Of a stretch of 38,441 nucleotides of DNA, positions 32,533-38,441 are shown piece after piece. The position numbers and the translations under genes are program-made. The notes beneath the pieces were generated by a model. That model searched no databases. It had not been told where the DNA came from and worked only from the letters and a program-made list of their open reading frames with translations. The stretch is from a virus, in the IMG/VR virus record IMGVR_UViG_3300045243_000029, positions 1 to 38,441 of that record, one strand, 5' to 3'. Every line of letters begins with the position of its first letter. Within the stretch, counting starts at the first letter, position 1.

Positions 32533-32608
32533 TCCCGGTAACGCAAACGTGAATAGCGGCTGCCTGTTAGAGGCAGTGATCTAATCGGTTCGACTCCGAT
32601 ACCGGGGA
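32533..32608 (+). tRNA. tRNA-like gene with a non-canonical anticodon loop; the nominal anticodon is UUA
   Basis: Hand-folded. Acceptor TCCCGGT/ACCGGGG (U1-G72), anticodon stem CTGCC/GGCAG with loop TGTTAGA (G at position 33), canonical T arm ATCGG-TTCGACT-CCGAT, 7-nt variable region, D-loop lacks GG. Confidence 0.4.
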
Positions 32609-32673
32609 CGGATAGCACAGGTACCAGCGCTTGATAAACAACGGCTAAGTATGGGCCATTAGTACCCTAGCCT

Positions 32674-34362
32674 GTGCGTTCCACCAATTTGAATCAATTA
32701 AGCCTCATACAGGATACGGAGCCAACGGTATCTGAGCAGCATTCGCCCCACGTGGGTCAAAACGCACTCAGACCCTATCAGTCACGGATCTTGGATGAGG
32801 CCCTTTCCTTAATCGGCCTGGGGAAGTCGCCGCTAATCGAAATGGCAACCGGAACGGGCAAGACCCGTCTAGCTGCTGAACTGGTGCGGCGGCTTCCCCA
32901 GGCACGGACGTTATGGTTAGCTGAGCGGCGCGAATGGCTCGAACAAGCGCGCGGTTCTTTGCTGTATCTGGACGAGCCGATAGGGTGGGAAGCACCAGGC
33001 AGATACAGCTCCAACGAACGGATTGTGCTGGCAAGCAAGGATACAATCCGGCAACCAGACAGGTTAGAACGGCTCAGGGACTTTCGGCCGTTCGACCTGA
33101 TCGTAACAGATGAGGCGCATCACAGTGCAGCGCGAACCTATACGGTGGTACGACAGACTTACCCTGGCGCTGTGTTGGTTGGGCTTAGCGCTACTCCTGA
33201 CCGCTTTGATAAGCGCGGTCTGGATATGTTTTCTGCTCGCACGACACCATACGGAATTGTTCAAGCTGTTGGCGATGCCTGGCTAGTCCGGCCCATGGCC
33301 AAGCGCTGTAAGGTCAAGTCAGTAGACCTGAGCGGTATCGGTTACCGGGCTGGTGACTTTGCTGTCAACGAACTGGACAACCTATTTGCAGGGGAGGAAA
33401 CGATACATGGATGCGTCCGAGGCATTTTGGAGAACGTACAGAGCCGCCCTACAATCGTCTTCTGTCCAGGAATTAGCAGCGCGCACAGAACGGCTGAAGT
33501 CCTTGACCGTTACAGTGGCAGACTGGTTTCCCGGGTTGTCACTGGTCGAAGCAGTCCAGACTTTAGAACTGACGCGTTTAAACATTTTGGCAAAAGCTAT
33601 CAGTTTCTCGTCAACGTTGCAGTAGCTACAGAAGGGACGGACCTGCCCGATGCCGCGTGTATCTCATTCCTCCGACCGACGCACAGTCCGGCGCTGTTCC
33701 GGCAAATGTTGGGGCGAGGTCTCAGGCCAGCCCTGTCTATGCATGTGGACTCCACAAGAGAAGAAAGGGAGGCCATTCTTCGGGACGGACCGAAGCCTAA
33801 CTGTCTTGTTCTTGACTTCGTGGGAGTCACGGGACGGCACTCAGTGGTCACTGTTGCGGACGTCTTTAGCACCGGGCCGGCCGCTAAACTGGTTGGAAAT
33901 CGTATCGATACTGAAGCGGATACCGGAACTGCAATCGACGTATTCGAAGCGATCCGGACCGAAGAAGAAAAGGAACAAGCCGCCAAGGAAGCGAAAGAAC
34001 GGCGCCGACAGCGCGAAAAAGACAAGCGCCAAGCCATTACAGGGAAAGTCACTGTCGAAGTCACAGAAGCGGCGCTTATTGGCCTCGGTAGCCTGTCCGT
34101 ACGGGATGATCAATTGTCGATGCGGCCGGTCAGCCCAGGTCAAGCGCAAGAGCTAACGCGGTTAGGCATTAGTATAGGCGACGGCCCCAGGACGGCCGCG
34201 TACGCACGAAAACTAATCCTTGACCGCAGAGAACAGCTCGGGTTAATGTCAGAGAAACAGGCGGCGTTCCTGCTGAGGCATGGACAGGGCGGGCCTGAAA
34301 CTACAAAAGCACAAGCAAGGGGGCTGACATGGAAATTGCTAAAGCGATGGAAGAGATTGTAA
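32674..34362 (+). CDS. Superfamily-2 DEAD/DEAH (ResIII-type) helicase (562 aa)
   Basis: Walker [13 protein letters not shown] box IVTDEAHH, motif III LSATP, and a later QMLGRGLR motif. GTG start. Confidence 0.85.
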   Translation: MRSTNLNQLSLIQDTEPTVSEQHSPHVGQNALRPYQSRILDEALSLIGLGKSPLIEMATGTGKTRLAAELVRRLPQARTLWLAERREWLEQARGSLLYLDEPIGWEAPGRYSSNERIVLASKDTIRQPDRLERLRDFRPFDLIVTDEAHHSAARTYTVVRQTYPGAVLVGLSATPDRFDKRGLDMFSARTTPYGIVQAVGDAWLVRPMAKRCKVKSVDLSGIGYRAGDFAVNELDNLFAGEETIHGCVRGILENVQSRPTIVFCPGISSAHRTAEVLDRYSGRLVSRVVTGRSSPDFRTDAFKHFGKSYQFLVNVAVATEGTDLPDAACISFLRPTHSPALFRQMLGRGLRPALSMHVDSTREEREAILRDGPKPNCLVLDFVGVTGRHSVVTVADVFSTGPAAKLVGNRIDTEADTGTAIDVFEAIRTEEEKEQAAKEAKERRRQREKDKRQAITGKVTVEVTEAALIGLGSLSVRDDQLSMRPVSPGQAQELTRLGISIGDGPRTAAYARKLILDRREQLGLMSEKQAAFLLRHGQGGPETTKAQARGLTWKLLKRWKRL

Positions 34363-35159
34363 GTGCGAATAAAGAGAAGCGCTGCGCGGACCTGAGCTGC
34401 GCGGACCTGAGCTGCGCGTACCTGCGCGGCGCGGACCTGAGCTGCGCGGACCTGAGCTGCGCGGACCTGCGCTGCGCGAACCTGAGCGGCGCGAACCTGA
34501 GCGGCGCGAACCTGAGCGGCGCGAACCTGAGCGGCGCGAACCTGCGCGGCGCGGACCTGAGCTGCGCGGACCTGAGCTGCGCGAACCTGCGCGGCGCGAA
34601 CCTGAGCGGCGCGAACCTGAGCGGCGCGAACCTGAGCGGCGCGTACCTGAGCGGCGCGAACCTGAGCGGCGCGAACCTGAGCGGCGCGAACCTGAGCTGC
34701 GCGGACCTGATCTGCGCGGACCTGAGCTGCGCGGACCTGCGCTGCGCGAACCTGAGCGGCGCGAACCTGAGCGGCGCGTACCTGAGCGGCGCGGACCTGA
34801 GCGGCGCGTACCTGAGCGGCGCGGAAAACTTACCGGATATGTCATGGACTTTGATTGTGCCAGAAACAGGTACAGTAACGGGCTGGAAAAAGTGTCGCCA
34901 CGGAGTGATCGTAAAGTTGCTGATTCCAGCGTCGGCCAAGAGACATAACGCCACTGGACGTAAATGCAGGGCAGAGCGGGCTAAGGTTCTTGAGGTAATC
35001 GGCGCTGACGAGGGAATTTCTTTTCAGGACGGTTCTGTTAGGTACGTAAAGGGTAAGACCGTGAAGGCTGTCGATTACGAGCCTGACAGGTGGCAGGAAT
35101 GCGCTGGGGGTATCCATTTCTTTATCACCCGCAAGGAAGCAGAAGACTATGTTATGTAA
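34329..35159 (+). CDS. Pentapeptide-repeat protein 2 with the same C-terminal domain as protein 1 (276 aa)
   Basis: 29 consecutive pentapeptides, then [13 protein letters not shown]...[15 protein letters not shown]. Overlaps the helicase 3' end by 34 nt. Confidence 0.9.
   Translation: MEIAKAMEEIVSANKEKRCADLSCADLSCAYLRGADLSCADLSCADLRCANLSGANLSGANLSGANLSGANLRGADLSCADLSCANLRGANLSGANLSGANLSGAYLSGANLSGANLSGANLSCADLICADLSCADLRCANLSGANLSGAYLSGADLSGAYLSGAENLPDMSWTLIVPETGTVTGWKKCRHGVIVKLLIPASAKRHNATGRKCRAERAKVLEVIGADEGISFQDGSVRYVKGKTVKAVDYEPDRWQECAGGIHFFITRKEAEDYVM
34386..34820 (+). repeat. 29 tandem 15-bp units (GCG NAC CTG NGC NGC)
   Basis: Read directly. Same unit and same codons as the array at 1813-2127. 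Confidence 0.95.
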
Positions 35160-35559
35160 TACCGTGCCCGACCTGTCCAAGTTAACCGACCTGCAATGTT
35201 CGGTTTGGCTTAAGGACCAGGACGGGCTAAGGCCGATTGAGATAGGGGAACAGCTTGGGCTTACGCCGCGCCGGGTCTGTAATATTAAGGCCAGACTCCG
35301 GGTCCTGGGCTTTCCGGTAAACGACCTGTGGAGCGCTAAGCGGCTACAGGCTGAGATGTACGGTCCTAGCCAGTTTGAGCCGGAAGACGATGAAGAGCCG
35401 GACCGGGACGAACCGGTGCAGATGGGGCCGGTCCAGCGCTGTGCCTGTGGATTGGTGATGCCCTGCAATGACCATGATAGTATTAATCCTTACCTAGTAG
35501 GAGTTAAGAACAGAAATAACACGACCTATCCGGACGGGGACGAGGACGATTCTTGGTAA
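35149..35559 (+). CDS. HTH protein resembling sigma-70 region 4 / LuxR-type DNA-binding domains (136 aa)
   Basis: [39 protein letters not shown], followed by an acidic tail and a Cys cluster. Confidence 0.6.
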   Translation: MLCNTVPDLSKLTDLQCSVWLKDQDGLRPIEIGEQLGLTPRRVCNIKARLRVLGFPVNDLWSAKRLQAEMYGPSQFEPEDDEEPDRDEPVQMGPVQRCACGLVMPCNDHDSINPYLVGVKNRNNTTYPDGDEDDSW

Positions 35560-36386
35560 GCCCTGAACAGGTAGAGCAGGCCCGGTGCTACTCCATTCTG
35601 AGGCTTATCCCGGGAAGCGCTAAGCTGAAACGGCACGGACGCGGTTACATGACAAACTGTACCTTCCATGACGACACAACCCCGTCTATGTCGCTTATCA
35701 AGTTTGACGATGGCCACTGGCGGTATAAGTGCTTTGGGTGCGGTGCCAGCGGAGACCCGGTTACGTACCTGGCCAAGACAAGGGGAGTCGACTTCATGAA
35801 AGCAGTCAAGCAACTGTCCGATGCGGCTCGAGCGGCGCCGGTCAAGCCTCAGCCTGTGGCCTATTACGACTACTTCGACGAGCACGGCGTGTTACTGTAC
35901 CAGTCGATCCGGTACGAGCCGAAAAGCTTCCGACTGCGCAGGCCTAACCCGGAGAACACCGGGGACGGGCCTAAACTGGCTTGGATCTGGGACCTGTGCG
36001 GCGTCAGGCGGGTCCTGTATCGGCTGCCTAAGCTGATTTGGGACGGCGGCGTAAAGGACATCACCGGAGAAGAAAAGGCTACGATCTATTACGTCGAAGG
36101 GGAAAAGGATGTTGAGACACTGGAAAAGTACGGCCTACTGGCCACTACGCACGCTGGCGGCGCTGGCGCGTTCCGTGAGGAACTGCTACAGCCGCTTAAG
36201 GGCCGCCGTATCGTTGTGGTACCGGACAGGGATGACCCAGGCATGCAGCTCGGCCGACGGGTCTTTGCTGCCGCTAGATCGCAGGGCAGCCAGATCGGTT
36301 TTATCCTACTGCCGCGCGGGAAGGACGTTACGGATTTCTTCGGAGAAAATGGAACAGTTAAGGAACTCTTGTCGCTGGTCAAATAA
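35553..36386 (+). CDS. DNA primase (CHC2 zinc finger plus TOPRIM), 277 aa, TTG start
   Basis: CTFHDDTTPSMSL...CFGCGASGD zinc finger; YYVEGEKDVETL and VVVPDRDDPG TOPRIM acidic motifs. Confidence 0.85.
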   Translation: MVSPEQVEQARCYSILRLIPGSAKLKRHGRGYMTNCTFHDDTTPSMSLIKFDDGHWRYKCFGCGASGDPVTYLAKTRGVDFMKAVKQLSDAARAAPVKPQPVAYYDYFDEHGVLLYQSIRYEPKSFRLRRPNPENTGDGPKLAWIWDLCGVRRVLYRLPKLIWDGGVKDITGEEKATIYYVEGEKDVETLEKYGLLATTHAGGAGAFREELLQPLKGRRIVVVPDRDDPGMQLGRRVFAAARSQGSQIGFILLPRGKDVTDFFGENGTVKELLSLVK

Positions 36387-36422
36387 TGGAATGCATCCAA
36401 AGGAAAGGCGGAAGGGAACATA

Positions 36423-36530
36423 ATGCACAGTCTAACGTTCGTTGACGGCCTGGTATTCGGTCTTGGCATGCAAGTTGCTGGCCTTATCGTAGGCATTGTA
36501 AGTGCCTGGACGGGACAGGTGACGAAATGA
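36423..36530 (+). CDS. Unlisted 35-aa single-TM peptide
   Basis: Hand-translated MHSLTFVDGLVFGLGMQVAGLIVGIVSAWTGQVTK. ATGA junction to the next ORF. Confidence 0.4.
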   Translation: MHSLTFVDGLVFGLGMQVAGLIVGIVSAWTGQVTK

Positions 36531-36631
36531 TTCGGCGGTACCTAATCGGATTCGGTCTGGACCTGTTAGCCGGGCTGTGTATGACCTTTGCGGCCCTGTG
36601 CGTGGTATATTGGGTAGTGAACAGATGGTAA
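36527..36631 (+). CDS. Unlisted 34-aa single-TM peptide
   Basis: Hand-translated MIRRYLIGFGLDLLAGLCMTFAALCVVYWVVNRW. Its stop lies within the duplicated junction sequence. Confidence 0.4.
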   Translation: MIRRYLIGFGLDLLAGLCMTFAALCVVYWVVNRW

Positions 36632-36909
36632 CCGTACTGGATAGCATCCACGATCTGGCCATGGCAGTTGCAGACTCAGGTGGCGTGCTAACTTCGGTTA
36701 CACTAAGCGAACGTGGATATTCCGCGCTGTCAAAGTACCTGAACAGCAGGATGCCTGTTGATATACATGAGGCATGCGGCGACTATGACCGGCCCAGTTC
36801 GCCATGGTACGGTAGCCGGCCGAGTGAAACCGAGTTCCGTTCTATCATGATTAATACCAATGCCGGAGCCGTCAGGGTAATGCAGGAAAGGGTAGTGAAC
36901 AGATGGTAG
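36625..36909 (+). CDS. Hypothetical protein (94 aa)
   Basis: ATG 36625 lies inside the AGATGGTAA junction. Sequence MVTVLDSIHDLAMAV..., ending in VVNRW like the preceding peptide. Confidence 0.6.
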   Translation: MVTVLDSIHDLAMAVADSGGVLTSVTLSERGYSALSKYLNSRMPVDIHEACGDYDRPSSPWYGSRPSETEFRSIMINTNAGAVRVMQERVVNRW

Positions 36910-36998
36910 ACGGACCGTTAGTTACCGTTCTGTCACTGTCCCTGTGCTTTATCGTGGTGTGCCTGCTAGGTCGAAAGGATGACGATGGCAACGGTTAA
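36903..36998 (+). CDS. Unlisted 31-aa single-TM peptide
   Basis: Hand-translated MVDGPLVTVLSLSLCFIVVCLLGRKDDDGNG. It starts in the second copy of the junction sequence. Confidence 0.35.
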   Translation: MVDGPLVTVLSLSLCFIVVCLLGRKDDDGNG

Positions 36999-37743
36999 GT
37001 TCAGGCTAGATATGGTAAAGTCGCGTACCCACCTTGTAATCCCTGACTGCCAGGTCCGGCCTGGTGTCGATATCAGTCACATGGGCTGGATCGGCAATTA
37101 CATCGCCGAAAAGCGACCGAACGTTATCGTCTGTCTCGGGGACTTCGCGGACATGGCCAGCCTTAACGGGTACGGCGTAGGCAAGGCTAGCGCCGAGGGA
37201 AAGCGGTACGTAGACGACCTAGCCAGCGTCAGGACGGCCATGGATAAGCTGACGAAGCCGTGGCGGAAACGGTATAGCCCTAAACAGGTCATGACCCTGG
37301 GCAATCATGAGGACAGGATTACCCGTGAAGCCGAAGCGAATCCTAAGTTTGTCGGAGCACTCTCAGTTTCTGATCTCGACTATGAAAGCTTCGGTTGGGA
37401 CCAGTACCAATTCCTTAGAGTCGTCGAGATTGACCGGGTATCCTACTCGCATTACTTCACGTCAGGGGTTATGGGCAGACCGGTTTCAAGTGCCGCTGCT
37501 TTGCTCCGAACCAGGCACGCATCTAGCGTTATGGGCCATGTACAGATGCTAGACTTAGCTATTCATCCCAAGACACAACATATCGGGCTGTTTGCTGGTC
37601 TGTGTACGCTCCATAATGAGAACTATCTAGGACCGCAAGGTAACGACACTAAGCGCGGTATTTGGATGCTACATGAAGTGCACGACGGTACATTTGACCC
37701 TATGTTTGTCAGTCTTGGATTCCTCAAACGCCGGTACAGCTAG
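36979..37743 (+). CDS. Calcineurin-like metallophosphoesterase (254 aa)
   Basis: Motifs VCLGDFAD and LGNHEDRI (GD...GNHE). Confidence 0.75.
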   Translation: MTMATVKFRLDMVKSRTHLVIPDCQVRPGVDISHMGWIGNYIAEKRPNVIVCLGDFADMASLNGYGVGKASAEGKRYVDDLASVRTAMDKLTKPWRKRYSPKQVMTLGNHEDRITREAEANPKFVGALSVSDLDYESFGWDQYQFLRVVEIDRVSYSHYFTSGVMGRPVSSAAALLRTRHASSVMGHVQMLDLAIHPKTQHIGLFAGLCTLHNENYLGPQGNDTKRGIWMLHEVHDGTFDPMFVSLGFLKRRYS

Positions 37744-37751
37744 GAGCTAAT

Positions 37752-38066
37752 GTGGCCAAGAAAATCTACAAGTGGTTTGTCTCCGCATACGACCAGAACG
37801 ACCGCTGTATCAGCCCCAAGGACTTGAACGTCGGGCAACAGCACTTTGCCAGCCTGGACGACGCGCAGACGGAATGTCACAGGCTGTTACAGCGCTTTAA
37901 CGACCCTGACGGGCCGGAGCCGTCTATCTCTTACTGTAACATCCTGGTAGCCGTGGGCAAGGCTGAGCGGCAAGTGGTTGAGACGGTTGCTACCAGGATT
38001 ACGCCGCTCGATGACGGGGCAGAGATTGACGATAACGATTCGGGTACTAACAAGAACTGGAACTGA
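37752..38066 (+). CDS. Hypothetical protein (104 aa), GTG start
   Basis: AGGAG lies 5 nt upstream of GTG 37752. Confidence 0.6.
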   Translation: MAKKIYKWFVSAYDQNDRCISPKDLNVGQQHFASLDDAQTECHRLLQRFNDPDGPEPSISYCNILVAVGKAERQVVETVATRITPLDDGAEIDDNDSGTNKNWN

Positions 38067-38068
38067 CC

Positions 38069-38275
38069 GTGAAGTATTGTAAGGGAAGCCGGGTAATGAT
38101 TCGTGACGGCAAACGGAACCTGTACCGGATGCATGCCGGCCCGGAGTCGCTGCTGCCTAGGACCATTATCCACGCGGACCAGGTACAGAAACGGGTACGG
38201 TACTGGCTGGACGGGCCGCCGGTGATGGCCTGGGCGGGAGATGTTAAATTGGCAACCGATAAGAAGGGGCTCTAA
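38069..38275 (+). CDS. Hypothetical protein (68 aa, or 59 aa from ATG 38096)
   Basis: ORF with a TAATG junction to the LOG start. Confidence 0.55.
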   Translation: MKYCKGSRVMIRDGKRNLYRMHAGPESLLPRTIIHADQVQKRVRYWLDGPPVMAWAGDVKLATDKKGL

Positions 38276-38441
38276 TGAGTAAGTCGGTCTGTGTCTTTGC
38301 CGGGGCCCGTGGCGGTCAGGAAATGATGGCGGATATGTGCTATATGGGCACGCGACTGGCCGAACGGGGCTGGAACGTAGTCTATGGCGGGTCGGGCAAG
38401 GGCGTAATGGGAGCTGTAGCGGCCGGTGTCGTGGCGGTCGG
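38275..38441 (+). CDS. LOG-family protein, 5' part, truncated by the window end. Same gene as 1-497.
   Basis: ATG 38275 (MSKSVCVFAGARGGQEMMADM...). From 38315 the sequence repeats bases 1-127. Confidence 0.85.
   Translation, partial: MSKSVCVFAGARGGQEMMADMCYMGTRLAERGWNVVYGGSGKGVMGAVAAGVVAV
38315..38441. repeat. Terminal overlap, right copy; unit genome length is 38314 bp
   Basis: Same 127-nt string as 1-127. Confidence 0.95.

Noticed and set aside
34386-34820. A diversity-generating retroelement as the source of the first-codon-position variation (NAC, NGC codons).
   Set aside because: No reverse transcriptase, template repeat or accessory gene is visible anywhere in the 38-kb genome. Variation is not confined to adenine-templated positions.
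34301-34954. Long antisense ORFs across the repeat arrays: 34301-34954, 34339-34845 and 1983-2171, translating as RFAPL/RRSGS repeats.
   Set aside because: These are a mirror-image artefact of a stop-free GC-rich repeat. The sense-strand ORFs have an RBS (GGGAGG upstream of ATG 1768), non-repeat domains and a paralogue relationship.
1-38441. Temperate lifestyle or a prophage with attachment sites; the end repeat read as att sites.
   Set aside because: No integrase, recombinase, excisionase or CI/Cro-like pair is recognisable. The repeat lies inside an ORF that is restored by circularisation.

Overview
The window is a complete tailed-phage genome of about 38.3 kb, podovirus-like, with no integrase or repressor. 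Bases 1-127 are identical to 38315-38441, so the unit length is 38314 bp and the sequence is circular or circularly permuted. The join falls inside a LOG-family gene. The genome has two arms that diverge from a repeat-rich control region at about 29979-30428 and converge at about 2815-2837.

(1) The minus-strand late arm runs from 29978 down to 2815. It encodes terminase, portal, scaffold, major capsid, a 1483-aa virion protein, internal/ejection-type proteins, a LamG-type fibre, a beta-helix tailspike, and a holin/lipoprotein/membrane-protein cluster. Genes are packed with ATGA/TAATG start-stop overlaps.

(2) The plus-strand early/accessory arm runs from 30429 across the junction to 2837. It encodes a DUF1599-like protein, a PD-(D/E)XK nuclease, an HNH endonuclease, two tandem tRNA-like genes, an SF2 helicase, a sigma-region-4-like HTH protein, a primase, small membrane peptides, a metallophosphoesterase, a LOG-family protein, a CHAP-type endolysin and an endonuclease VII.

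No DNA or RNA polymerase is recognisable.

Points that most deserve a second look:
- Two paralogous pentapeptide-repeat proteins with a shared C-terminal domain. Their repeat arrays are homogenised at the nucleotide level and show no synonymous variation.
- A 17-nt motif present five times in the late arm.
- A phage-borne LOG enzyme.
- Non-canonical tandem tRNAs, one with a possible UUA anticodon.
- 10-bp phased repeats in the divergent control region.
- An opposite-strand island inside the structural operon.

All functional calls rest on motifs read from the supplied translations. No database search was run.
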